Below, one piece after another: positions 26,995 through 37,100 of a stretch of DNA of 64,000 nucleotides (position 1 is the stretch's first letter; each line of letters starts with the position of its first letter). The translations under genes were made by a program, and so were the position numbers. The DNA comes from an uncultured Verrucomicrobiota bacterium. GTDB taxonomy: Bacteria > Verrucomicrobiota > Verrucomicrobiia > Limisphaerales > UBA8199. Below the pieces are notes generated by a model that did not search any database, was not told the DNA's origin, and worked only from the letters and a program-made list of their open reading frames with translations. The stretch spans positions 8,940 to 72,939 of the forward strand of contig CAIQQM010000246.1 of NCBI GenBank assembly GCA_903873945.1, read 5' to 3'.

Positions 26995-27153
26995 TCAGTT
27001 CGTTTCACGATCGTCGCCCATCTCACACTTGAACTTGCCCACCGGAATCACCGCGAGGCCACGCAGCTTCGCCCGTGCCAAAGAGCCGTCGGGGCCGGGC
27101 GCCATATCGCCAGCCATCACTCCCGACAGCACCATCAATAGTGCCCTGTTCAT
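26995..27153 (-). pseudogene. 52-codon N-terminal remnant of an FGE-sulfatase (SUMF1-like) gene
   Basis: From the ATG at 27153: MNRALLMVLSGVMAGDMAPGPDGSLARAKLRGLAVIPVGKFKCEMGDDRETN*. The GLAVIPVGKFxxEMGDD string parallels GFALIPAGTFEMGDH of the gene at 1..261, and the ORF stops where the domain should begin. Motif site F lies directly upstream. Confidence 0.45.
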
Positions 27154-27165
27154 AATATCCAAGAG

Positions 27166-27195
27166 GTTAAACGGCAAGGCAGCCTTAATTTCTAC
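27166..27195 (-). promoter_or_regulatory. candidate ECF-type promoter (site F) upstream of the SUMF1-like remnant
   Basis: Minus-strand reading: CCTGTAGAA-ATTAAGGCTGCCTTGC-CGTTTAACCTCTTGGATAT. GTAGAA (27195-27190), 16-nt spacer, CGTTTAAC (27173-27166). Confidence 0.55.
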
Positions 27196-27239
27196 AGGCG
27201 AAGCGACCGAAATAAAGCTGCCGATTTCTTCGAATTCTT

Positions 27240-27270
27240 GTAGAAAGTGACAGGTTCTATGCGTTTTAAC
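27240..27270 (+). promoter_or_regulatory. candidate autoregulatory ECF-type promoter (site G) of sigma copy 2
   Basis: GTAGAA (27240-27245), the 16-nt spacer AGTGACAGGTTCTATG, then CGTTTTAAC (27262-27270). 17 nt separate it from the ATG at 27288. Confidence 0.6.
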
Positions 27271-27287
27271 CATCATGGCAAACGGGC

Positions 27288-27929
27288 ATGACCGGCGATT
27301 CCAGCGTCGGGATTGAACAGCTTGACCTCCGCCTGCGGGGAGGTGACACGCAGGCGTTGGCCGAGCTGTTCTCCCGCGAACGGGAGCGCCTGTGGCGGAT
27401 CATTCACTTCCGTCTGGCCGAGCCCCTGCGGGGGCGATTAGGGCCAGAGGACGTGCTGCAAGAAGCGTTCCTGGCCGCCAGCCAACGCCTGAACCATTAT
27501 GCAAACAGTCCCGCAACGTCGCCGTTCATCTGGCTGCGCATGATCGTGAACCAGACTCTGGTTGACCTGCACCGGCGGCACCTGGGGGCGCAGATGCGGG
27601 ATGCTGCCCGTGAGGTCAGCCTCGACAGCGTCCCTTACGCCCAGGCGACCTCGGCATCGGTGGCGATTCAATTGGTCGGAATTTTCACGTCGCCAACTGG
27701 CGCTGCTGCGCGTGCTGACGTGTTCAGCCTGGTGCAGGCCGCGATTGAGAAGATGGACCCCATCGACCGCGAAGTGCTCGCCCTGCGGCATTTCGAAGAA
27801 CTGACCAACAGCGAGGTGGCTGAGGCGCTGGGCATTGAGCAAAAGGCGGCCAGCATTCGCTACATCCGGGCCTTGCGCCGGCTCAAAGAAATTCTGGCCC
27901 AAGTGCCAGACCTGGGGAAGCAAGCATAG
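27288..27929 (+). CDS. ECF-family RNA polymerase sigma factor, copy 2
   Basis: Collinear with copy 1 over its whole length (RLWRIIHFRLAEPLRGRLGPEDVLQEAFLAASQRL..DREVLALRHFEELTNSEVAEALGIEQKAASIRYIRALRRLK). The TAG stop lies 1 nt before the kinase ATG. Confidence 0.9.
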   Translation: MTGDSSVGIEQLDLRLRGGDTQALAELFSRERERLWRIIHFRLAEPLRGRLGPEDVLQEAFLAASQRLNHYANSPATSPFIWLRMIVNQTLVDLHRRHLGAQMRDAAREVSLDSVPYAQATSASVAIQLVGIFTSPTGAAARADVFSLVQAAIEKMDPIDREVLALRHFEELTNSEVAEALGIEQKAASIRYIRALRRLKEILAQVPDLGKQA

Positions 27930-27930
27930 C

Positions 27931-30693
27931 ATGGCGGACCTGAGAACAGAACGCGACCCATTGGAAATGCTGGCCGCTGAATACATGGAGCGGCTGCGGC
28001 AGGGTCAGCGTCCGGACATCGAGGATTACGCCGCCCGCTACCCGGCCCTGGCGGAGGACATCCGCGATCTTTTCCCCACGATCTCCGTCACCGAACGCTT
28101 GAAGGCGCGGCAAGCGCAGTCCAGTGGCGGGCGCGCGACCTTGGGGCCGGCGCAACCTGCCCGGTTGGGCGACTTCCGGCTCATTCGTGAAATTGGCCGC
28201 GGCGGCATGGGCGTGGTCTTCGAGGCGGAGCAGCAATCGCTGGGGCGCCGCGTAGCCGTTAAGGTTCTACCGCGCCAAGTCCTGCTGGACGAGAAACACC
28301 TCAAACGATTCGAGCGCGAGGCCCGCATCGCGGCGAATCTGCATCACACGAACATCGTCGAGGTGTTTGGCGTGGGGGAGCACGATGGTTTTCACTACTA
28401 CGTGATGCAGTACATTCGCGGCGTCGGGCTGGATGCGGTCATTCCTCTGCTCGCGAAACTGGCCTGCAATCAGGGGGGCACTGAGCCGCAGCCTGCCCCT
28501 GCATCAGCGAGCGTTCCCACTGCAGAAAACGCGCTGGCCGAAGCGGCCGCGCGGCAATTGATTGGTGAAGGAGCTGGGCTTCGCCCAGAAAATGGCCTGG
28601 TCCCACATTACTGGCAGAGCGTGGCCCGAATCGGTTTGCAGGCTGCAGCCGCGCTGGAATACGCGCACAGCCAAGGGGTGCTGCACCGCGACATCAAGCC
28701 AGCCAACTTGCTGCTCGAGGCCGAGGGTACCGTCTGGCTGGCCGATTTCGGTTTGGCGAAGGCGGCCCAATCCGAGGATGTGTCGCTCTCGCGCGACATC
28801 GTCGGCACGCTGCGTTACATGGCCCCCGAACAGTTTCGCGGTCAGGCCGACCACCGGAGCGACATCTACAGCCTGGGGTTAACCCTCTATGAGTTGCTGG
28901 CTCTGCGGCCCGCTTACGAAGAGACTGACCAGAGCCGGTTGATCCAGCGCATCACCCAAGGATCGCCGCCGCCGCCGGGCACCGCAGGCCTGAGCATTCC
29001 GCGCGACCTCGAGACCATCATTCTCAAAGCCGTCAGCCATGATGTCAACCAGCGCTACCCGTCGGCAGCGGCCATGGCGGACGACCTCCGCTGCTTCCTC
29101 GAAGACCGGCCCATTCGCGCCCGGCGAGTGGGCCCCGTGGAACGGTTGGGCCGCTGGTGCCGCCGCAACAGGACCCTGGCCAGCCTCACGGCGCTTACGT
29201 TCTTCCTGCTCATCATGGTTGCGGTGGTGGCATCCATCGGTTACGTCCGCACAAAACGCGCCCTGCGAGGAGAAGCGTTGCAGCGCGCCAAGGCCGAAGC
29301 TAACGCCGGCCTCGCCATCGAAGCCCTCGACCGGATGTTCGAGCGATTCTCCCCGAGCCGAATGCGGGTTCCTCCACAGCTCTTGATGGAAGGAGCGCAG
29401 AGTGAAGGCGTCAACGTTCCCAGCTCGCCGATTTTGTCCAGAGAAGCCGCCGCGCTGCTGGAGGAGATGCTGCCGTTCTATGACCGGCTGGCGCAGCAAA
29501 CCGGAAATGATGGCAAATTGCGCGCCGAAACCGCTGAAGCCAACCGACGTGTCGGTGCCATCCGCCAGCGCTTGGGCCAGTTCGATGAGGCAGTTAAAGC
29601 CTATCGGCGAGCAATCGCTCTTTACCAAGAGTTGCGCGCCGGATTACCGGCAGAACCGATGCTTAAGCTACAGATGGCGCAGATCGAAAATGAACTGGGG
29701 CGACTATACACCGCGCGGCAGCAGATGACAGAGGCCCGTGAAGCTCATTTGGCCGCTTTGGCTCTGCTGCAAGGCGATGGTGCGTTGCCGTCTGCTCCAG
29801 CCGTGTTGCGCTTCGAACTGGCGCGTACCCACTATTTTCTTGGCACCCAACAGCGCCCACTCCCGGCGGCTGACCCGCGCCAAGGGGTTGGTCCAGCTCG
29901 AATTCCCGATGAGCAACGCGACAGTCTGGCGAAGGCCGTCGCGTTACTCAAAGCCCTCCCGGCTTCACCCGCCGCCAACCCGGAATACCAGCATCTGTTG
30001 GCGCTGTGCTACCTGGAAGGAGCCGCCGTGGGGAATGGTCCCCGCTCGGAAGCCAGAGGGGGTGCCGAACGCGCCATTGAGATTCTCGAAGGCTTGGTTC
30101 AAGCCCACCCGGGAATTCCCGATTACGCCTATGACATGAGCGAGGCTTACGCGAGGATCCACATTCCGCGACCACCCATTCCACCAGAGAATCAGCGGAC
30201 GATTGAGGATCGGTTGGGCAAATCCCTGGCCTTGCTCGAAAAGCTCGTTGCTCAGCATCCAGATATTCCTGATTTTCCTGCCGCCGAAGCGCGTATCCAC
30301 GACAAGCTGGGTTCGTTTCATCGGCAGATGGAACATTGGGCGGATGCGGAGCAGCAATTCCGCAAGGCCATCGCCCTCCAGGCGCCCCTGGTGAAGCAAT
30401 TCCCCGACGCACCCTTTTACGGTCTCTGGATGGCAACATTTCGAATTGCTCTTGCCGACGCCTTGATCCGGCGAAATCTACCGGGCGAGGCACGCACCGA
30501 GCTGGAGGACACTATTTCAACGCTGTTGCGCCAACTGGAGCAGAGGCCAGAGATACCCCCTCCTCACGAGCTGCTCGCGTTGGGTTATTCAAAGCTTGCG
30601 GTTGCTTTGCGCCAGCTTGGAGAAGGAGACCGAGCTGACGAAGCGGAGCGCAAGGCTGAGCAGGAACGAAGCGTTCTTCGCCGTTCCCCCTGA
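27931..30693 (+). CDS. transmembrane Ser/Thr protein kinase with TPR-like C-terminal region, copy 2
   Basis: Start reset to MADLRTERDPLEMLAAEYMERL. Same kinase strings as copy 1 (GRGGMGVVFEAEQ, HRDIKPANLLLE, DFGLAKA, GTLRYMAPEQ). TM helix LASLTALTFFLLIMVAVVASIGYV. Collinear helical C-terminus. Confidence 0.9.
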   Translation: MADLRTERDPLEMLAAEYMERLRQGQRPDIEDYAARYPALAEDIRDLFPTISVTERLKARQAQSSGGRATLGPAQPARLGDFRLIREIGRGGMGVVFEAEQQSLGRRVAVKVLPRQVLLDEKHLKRFEREARIAANLHHTNIVEVFGVGEHDGFHYYVMQYIRGVGLDAVIPLLAKLACNQGGTEPQPAPASASVPTAENALAEAAARQLIGEGAGLRPENGLVPHYWQSVARIGLQAAAALEYAHSQGVLHRDIKPANLLLEAEGTVWLADFGLAKAAQSEDVSLSRDIVGTLRYMAPEQFRGQADHRSDIYSLGLTLYELLALRPAYEETDQSRLIQRITQGSPPPPGTAGLSIPRDLETIILKAVSHDVNQRYPSAAAMADDLRCFLEDRPIRARRVGPVERLGRWCRRNRTLASLTALTFFLLIMVAVVASIGYVRTKRALRGEALQRAKAEANAGLAIEALDRMFERFSPSRMRVPPQLLMEGAQSEGVNVPSSPILSREAAALLEEMLPFYDRLAQQTGNDGKLRAETAEANRRVGAIRQRLGQFDEAVKAYRRAIALYQELRAGLPAEPMLKLQMAQIENELGRLYTARQQMTEAREAHLAALALLQGDGALPSAPAVLRFELARTHYFLGTQQRPLPAADPRQGVGPARIPDEQRDSLAKAVALLKALPASPAANPEYQHLLALCYLEGAAVGNGPRSEARGGAERAIEILEGLVQAHPGIPDYAYDMSEAYARIHIPRPPIPPENQRTIEDRLGKSLALLEKLVAQHPDIPDFPAAEARIHDKLGSFHRQMEHWADAEQQFRKAIALQAPLVKQFPDAPFYGLWMATFRIALADALIRRNLPGEARTELEDTISTLLRQLEQRPEIPPPHELLALGYSKLAVALRQLGEGDRADEAERKAEQERSVLRRSP

Positions 30694-30694
30694 T

Positions 30695-33600
30695 TCACCG
30701 GCTGCCCGGCACGACCTCCATGAGATCGTGGCCGATGATGACCTCTCCCTTGTAGACTTCGGCGATCGCGTTAAGGGTTGCCTCCTCATCCACCTCGACG
30801 GCAACGATATGCGTCAGCACAAGCTTCTTCACCCCTGCCTTTTGAGCCATGTTCCGAACCTCATGCGCTGAGGCATGGGCCATGGGTTGCCGGCCGCCGC
30901 CGACCCCGCCTGCGCCGCCAGCAGGACGAAAGACGCCCCGAGGCACGATCGAACCCCCGGAATCCAGCACCAGCACGTCGGCACCGCGGGCCAGTTCGAT
31001 TAGCTTGTCGGAATAGGTCAGGTCGCCAGAGATGACGATTGATTTCCCGCTGACATCAAATCGGTAAGCGACGGTATGGATGCTGTGGGGCACTTGCGCG
31101 GTTGTGACCTGCAGGCCGCCAAGTCGGAAACTCTCGCCGCCTTGGATTTCGCGGACCATCGGTTTGGGAAGGTTGCTTGCGCTGCGTCCCATCCGCTCGA
31201 TCCGATAGGCAATGTCCTCGGCATAAAAGTCCACCGTAAAGTCCGCTAGTTTCTTGGTGCCCGGCGGCCCGACGATGTCGAGCGGCAGGCCGCGCACCAG
31301 GGCAGTGTTCAGCATCGGCATGAACTCCTCATCATGATCCCGGTGATGGTGGGTAATGAAGAACGCGTCGATCAGCGCCGTGGAAATTCCAACCTCGTAG
31401 AGGCGGGCCTGCGTCCCATTGCCCATGTCCACGAGTATGAATCGGCCGCGATACTGAATCGCTGCGCTCGGCCCGGAGCGATCGGGGTTGTAGGGCGGCC
31501 CACCGGAGCCGACGATGATCACGCTAAAGTCCCCTCCGGGTTTAAAACGGGTCGGCAGGCGCTCGCCGCCCATTGGCCCGCCGGGCTGTCCCCTCATTCC
31601 ATCGCTATTTGCTGCTCGCCCGAAACCTCCGCGTAACAACTCGGCGGGGCTGGCTGGGGGAGCACCGTTCTCGGCAAGGTTCGAACTAGAGGCATCTCTG
31701 TAAATGTCATTGCCCGTTTTGCCAGCCCAGTTGCCGGAAAAGGTGCAGTTTTTCACGGTGCTGATGGAACTGTCGCAGAAGGCGGCCGCGCCACCATTAC
31801 CTTTGGCCGTGTTGTCCTCGAACCGGCAATCGGCGAGCGCAACGATGGTGTTTTCCAGTTGCGAGGCACGGCTGACGCTGAACACCGCTCCTCCATGGCC
31901 CCCCGTCGTGTTGCGGCGAAGAACGCAGCCGTTCAGCTTCGGACGAGAACCGTAATCGAAGTACACTGCCCCCCCGCGCCAGCGGGCTGTATTGCCGACG
32001 AAGTCGCAGTTGGTAAACGTGGATTCAACCCCGACGCGATCGAGGACGGCACCACCGTTTTCCGAGTGGTTGCCAGTAAAGCAGCATGCGGTGAACACGG
32101 GTTTGGCGCGGTCATAGCTGTAAACCGCACCGCCGTCCCGCGCATAGTTGTTCGTGAACGTGCAATGGCTGACAGTCAGCGTGAAGCCGGCCATCACCTC
32201 GGCGTTGGGTCGTCCCTGCGGCCCGCGCCGGTAATTGATCAGGCCGCCGCCCTTCCCGTCATAGCCGGCGCCATCGGCGTAGCCATCGGTAATGGTAAAC
32301 CCGTCGAGCACTGCGCCGTTGGCGCCAATCAGGACATGGTAGGCGTGGTTACCGTCCAGCACTGTCACGTTCTTCGCCGGGTCACGCTGGGAGTCGTTGC
32401 CGGCAAAACCGCCGTAAAGTCGCACGCCCGGCTGCAAGACAAACGAGGCCGACCGCTCCGCGCCGAGTTTATACGTGCCGGCGGCGACGCGGACTTCCGC
32501 ACCATCCTTGCCTGCATCGTCCAGTGCGCGCTGCAGTGAGGCGTAGGCGCTGTTCCAACTGTGGCCGTCCCCATTGCCCTGGTTGGCAGCGTTTGCATAC
32601 ACAATTCGTTGCGACGATGGTATCGGTTCCGGGGCGGCTGCGAACGGTTCCCGGATTGGCTGAGCGCCGTATGGTTTGAGCTCCTGGAGCAACTCGGGGA
32701 GTCGCGCTTCGGTGAACCGGCCAGGCTGGTAGCCGGCATCGCCTGTGGTGGATTCCTTGATGAAGGGCGTATTGTCATGCCAGTTGTAGATGCCCGGGTC
32801 CTCCCAGTCGCAGATGTTGTTCGTAACCAGGCAGTAGATTAGTGACGGATTACTGGCCGGCCCGGTGCCCTGGTAGAGTGGCGCGCCATACTCCACAGCA
32901 TGATTCTTTGTAAACGTGCAGAAATACAATACCGGCGATGAGCCGCCGTCGTTGCCCATGCCGGCGGCGCTTTGGGCGGCATTGCCCGTGAAAAGGCAAT
33001 TGATGAGCGTCGGCGAGCAACCGAAATCATTATACATCCCGCCGCCCTTTTGCGGGGTCTCGTTGGCTTCAAATACACAATCCAGGAATGTCGGCGCCGT
33101 TCCCAGGTCGTTGCTGACCCCTCCACCGCGGCCGCGGGCGGAGTTGTGGCGGAAAACGCAGTTGATGAAGACCGGCGCCCTGCTGTTCGCGTCAGGACGC
33201 GGAGGGAACAAGGTGCTGGTCATATTATAGACCGCGCCGCCTTTGCCGGCCTGGTTATTCTCAAAAACACAATTGCGGACTGTTGGCGAGGCGTGAAAAT
33301 TGAGCATACCCGCGCCTGATCCGTTGTTGTTTCCGCCCATGACGGCCTGCGGGGTCGTGTGGAGCGCTTGCCCGCCACCGCCTCTGCCGCGTGGACCTGC
33401 ACCGGGAGGACCACCGCCGCCCGGACCACCAGGTCCGCCACCCAGGGCACTACCACCCGTGATGGTAAACCCGTCGAGCACCGCCTCGTCAGCACCGGTG
33501 ACCACGTGAGGCACGCCCTTTCCATCGAGAATGGTCACGTTATTCTGCCAATCCCGCTGGTCGCGCCGGGTTTCGGTCCCACTGAATCCACCGTAAAGCG

Positions 33601-34135
33601 CGCCGCCCTTGTGGAGCTGGAAGGTGGCCTCGGGACCGGAGCCGGGCGAATAGGTTCTTTGGGCGACCCAGATCTCGGCGGCGTTGGCTGCCAGCGCGTC
33701 CTGCAGGTTCGAGAACGCGCTGGCCCAGCTCCTGCCGTCGCGGCGACCAGTCGTGTTGGCACCGTTGACGTAGGCACGCGTGCCAGGAATGACGCCGGGA
33801 ATGGAGTCGCTTCTTGCGACACCGGCCTGAGGGCGCGCCGGCTCTTCGCCCTGCTTCTCCATTGCGGCCACCCGGGCATCACGAGCTTTGAGTTCTTCCA
33901 GCGTGATGAAGCCGTCATGGTCAGTGTCGATTTGATCCCACCGCTGCCTCATCCGCTCGGGCGCTTCGTCCCGGCTGATCTTGCCGTCGCCGTTGCGGTC
34001 GAACATCTGCATCAATTGTTCGGGAGTCGGACGTGGCTCGTTGGGGGGCGGATTGGGCTGGCCAAGAACCAGCCCGGGCCCGACCAAAGCTAGAGTGGCC
34101 AGCAGCTTTCCCATGAATTTGAATGTTCTGCTCAT
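30695..34135 (-). CDS. 1146-aa secreted protein: two EF-hand loops + two right-handed beta-helix blocks + C-terminal MBL-fold (RNase Z/ElaC-like) hydrolase domain
   Basis: Signal MSRTFKFMGKLLATLALVGPGLVLG. EF-hand loops DRNGDGKISRDE and DTDHDGFITLEE. Repeated GGA(V/M)YN...C.F..N blocks (GGAVYNMTS, GGGVSND, GGGMYNDFG, GGAVYSYD, GGAVYFDYG). MBL motif FITHHHRDHDEEF with later VISGDLTY and LVLTHI. Confidence 0.75.
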   Translation of the reverse strand: MSRTFKFMGKLLATLALVGPGLVLGQPNPPPNEPRPTPEQLMQMFDRNGDGKISRDEAPERMRQRWDQIDTDHDGFITLEELKARDARVAAMEKQGEEPARPQAGVARSDSIPGVIPGTRAYVNGANTTGRRDGRSWASAFSNLQDALAANAAEIWVAQRTYSPGSGPEATFQLHKGGALYGGFSGTETRRDQRDWQNNVTILDGKGVPHVVTGADEAVLDGFTITGGSALGGGPGGPGGGGPPGAGPRGRGGGGQALHTTPQAVMGGNNNGSGAGMLNFHASPTVRNCVFENNQAGKGGAVYNMTSTLFPPRPDANSRAPVFINCVFRHNSARGRGGGVSNDLGTAPTFLDCVFEANETPQKGGGMYNDFGCSPTLINCLFTGNAAQSAAGMGNDGGSSPVLYFCTFTKNHAVEYGAPLYQGTGPASNPSLIYCLVTNNICDWEDPGIYNWHDNTPFIKESTTGDAGYQPGRFTEARLPELLQELKPYGAQPIREPFAAAPEPIPSSQRIVYANAANQGNGDGHSWNSAYASLQRALDDAGKDGAEVRVAAGTYKLGAERSASFVLQPGVRLYGGFAGNDSQRDPAKNVTVLDGNHAYHVLIGANGAVLDGFTITDGYADGAGYDGKGGGLINYRRGPQGRPNAEVMAGFTLTVSHCTFTNNYARDGGAVYSYDRAKPVFTACCFTGNHSENGGAVLDRVGVESTFTNCDFVGNTARWRGGAVYFDYGSRPKLNGCVLRRNTTGGHGGAVFSVSRASQLENTIVALADCRFEDNTAKGNGGAAAFCDSSISTVKNCTFSGNWAGKTGNDIYRDASSSNLAENGAPPASPAELLRGGFGRAANSDGMRGQPGGPMGGERLPTRFKPGGDFSVIIVGSGGPPYNPDRSGPSAAIQYRGRFILVDMGNGTQARLYEVGISTALIDAFFITHHHRDHDEEFMPMLNTALVRGLPLDIVGPPGTKKLADFTVDFYAEDIAYRIERMGRSASNLPKPMVREIQGGESFRLGGLQVTTAQVPHSIHTVAYRFDVSGKSIVISGDLTYSDKLIELARGADVLVLDSGGSIVPRGVFRPAGGAGGVGGGRQPMAHASAHEVRNMAQKAGVKKLVLTHIVAVEVDEEATLNAIAEVYKGEVIIGHDLMEVVPGSR

Positions 34136-34171
34136 TTTGTGCCGTGCCTGAGGACGAGTGAAAGGGCTTCT

Positions 34172-37100
34172 TCAGGGAAAACTCACGCTAATCCGATAGA
34201 AGCGCAACGTGTTGGTTGCTGGGGCGGGGTCCGTCAAGGCATTCACACCTCCATCACCCAGCATGTCCGTTTGCGACGGGACGGGCGACCACACCCCGGA
34301 AGCGAGGTTGGTGGTGGAATACAAAGTGTAATTACGACCCCAGGCGGATTGGTAGCAGACGGTCAGACCCGCCGCGCTGTTGGAAATGCTTTGGATTTGG
34401 AAATTCGACAGCGCGTTTGTGGGATTCGTGCCAGCGATATACTCGTGGTAGTTGTCCACGCCGTCGTGGTCAGGATCGCAGGTGGCGCAGGAGTAACTGT
34501 TCGTAGTGGTTCCGGTGCCGCCGAAGTATTGGGCCCGCCACCAATCGGGGATACCGTCCCCCACGCTGTCGACGTAGCGGTTGACGGCGGCGTAGGTGAA
34601 GACGTTGGTGGTGGCGACGTAAATGTAAGAAGCGGTGTTGGTGTCATACGTGCGCTGCTTCCAGGTCATCGTGACCCCCAGGTCGTTGGTGCCGGGACCG
34701 CTGATTTCCACCAGCAAGTAGCCGTAAGTTTCGGTGATGTTCCAGAGGTTGATGGGGGTGTAAGGCGCGTTGGTGCCATTGTAACCATAGAGTTGGGGCG
34801 GCCAGTTGGTGCTGCCGCCCGTGCCGACGATGAACTGATAGAGGTCATTTGCTGGATTGCCGTCGCCATCGTCTATGCGGGCGACGTTGAAGAAGTGGTC
34901 ATGCCCGCAGAGATAAACCTTCGCGCCGGCGGAGGTCAGGCTGCTCCAGAACGTGTTGCGCTGAGTTGGATCGGCACCGAGGCAGTCGGTGTGGAAGGCC
35001 TTGAATGCCGGCTCGTGACCATAGACGAAAATGTGCGGCAAGCGGTTCGCGGCGAGCTGCTGATTGAGCCACGGCTGGTTGACCTGGTGGATGTTGACGT
35101 AATCATCCAAACCCACGAACAGGGCGTTGCTGTAGGTAAGCGCGGTCGAGTAGGTGAGGTCAACTTCACCGGTCGGGCCGTTGGTCGGCATGGAGTAGGC
35201 CCCGCTGAAGAAGTTGGTCCACTCGAGAAGGCCGTTCGGCACGTCGTCCTCGTGGTTGCCTCGAATCACGTATACGGGAATGCCGCTGTTGGCCAGCGGT
35301 GCCATCTCGCTGCGCCAAGTGGTGAGCTGGGTCGTGAACGTGCTGAGCGAACAACCGGCGCCGGATTCAGTGACGTCGCCGGCGATGATGAGGAACTTGG
35401 CGTCATCATTGATGGCGGCCGTGGCGATTTCCGCTGGAATCGTTGTCAGCGGAACGTGGGTGTCGCCGACGAAGGCGAACCGCCAGGCATTGGTGACCGG
35501 GATATCGCGCACCAGGCGCACGTAATTGTAGATGCGCACGGCGTCGCCCTGGGGGGCCAGGGAACTGTAGTAGCCGTAGGGAACATAGGTGTAGCTGCTC
35601 AGGCTGCCGCCTTTGGGATCGCTGCGTTGCGCGCCGGCTCCGTGGGCGTCCACCCAAGAGCCGCCCGAGTAGCCCATCGCGCGGCCAAAGCAGACGTAAA
35701 TCCCCTCCTCTCCGTTGGTGCTGGTCACCAGCGTCGTGCCGCTCCAATACCAGGGCCAGTCCAACTGCCGGTTCTCATTGGTGATGGCGGTGCAGTTGAA
35801 AACAGGGTTGATGGCGGCGGAGCCGGTCGTGTCGGGCGAGCGTGTATAATCCACAATGGTCTGCAGTTCCTTTGAGTTAGGGAGCCGCCAGTCGCTGTAG
35901 CCAAGGTACTTCGCCGCATTCTGCGCCTGCACCCACGCCAGCGCATTCGACCAGTTCATACCAACACCGCTATCGTTGCGGGACCACAGCAGCCTCGTCG
36001 CCTTGTCGGAGATCGTGCCGTCCCCGTTGTTTACGAGGTTGTTGATGCCGTAGCTGGTGTTGCCTCGCACGTAGCGGACGTAATTCGAGTTCGCCGGAGG
36101 ATATCCTTTGATCCGGCCGTCCGTGAAGTTGAACCCGAAGGCCGCGGCCTGACCGTTCATCACCGTGCTCACGTAAGGTGTGGCTGACCAGTCCTGAGCA
36201 TCGATGACGCGCGAACCGATCAACTCCGAGGTGCCGGGGCCGTAGGCGAACCCGAAGTAGTTGGTGTCGATGAACGGGATGTAGCCGGAGGTGTTGGTGA
36301 AGCTGTTGCCATTCGCTCCGATGAATTCAGCCAACGAATAGAGTTCCTTGATGGTCGGCATCCGCCAATCGCTGTAGCCGCCCACCCGGCAGGAGGCGAC
36401 GTTTGAGACGGCATAGGCCCACGAGACCTGTTGCGTCCCGCGTGCCTGCACCCACATCAGGCCGGTGTTGAGGTCGGTGATGGTGCCGTCGCCGTTGTTG
36501 GTGTAGGCCGGCTGGTGGCCCTGGATCTGCGCATCCTGGCCGTAGAAGGGTTGCCCGGGGACGGGCGCCGGAATGACGCCTGAGTCGTTGTAGCAATTGG
36601 TTTGGGCGGTATCCACCACGACATACGCGCCGTTGGTGGGCGGCGATGACGCCAGGATGAACCCGGCCCGCGTCAAGCTGTTCGAGCCCAATGGTCCCCA
36701 GACGGTCAGGCTGACGTCGTAGCTGCCCGAACCGTAGTAGGTGTGGACCGGGTTGGTGCCGCCGTCCGTCGAGCCGTCGCCGAAATCCCAGAGCCGGTTG
36801 GTGACGTTCGGCGTAGAGGCATCCATAAAGTTCACTGTCAAGGGCGGGACACCATTGGTCAGGGAGGTGGTGAAGCCTGCCACGATGGTTGTGGCGGGTG
36901 AGACGGAGAAGAGACTGGCTTTGAAGCTGACGACGTTGGTCCCTTGGTATCGGATCAAAACATCTTTGTAGCCGACTGGTTCCTGGTTCGGGATACTGAA
37001 CGTGGCGACAATGATGTTCGTCACGCCGTTGGTCTCGGGACGCGAGATGGCTGTGGCGAGGTTCGTGCCGAGGGTCGCGCTGGTGGGCTGTATGTTCGCC

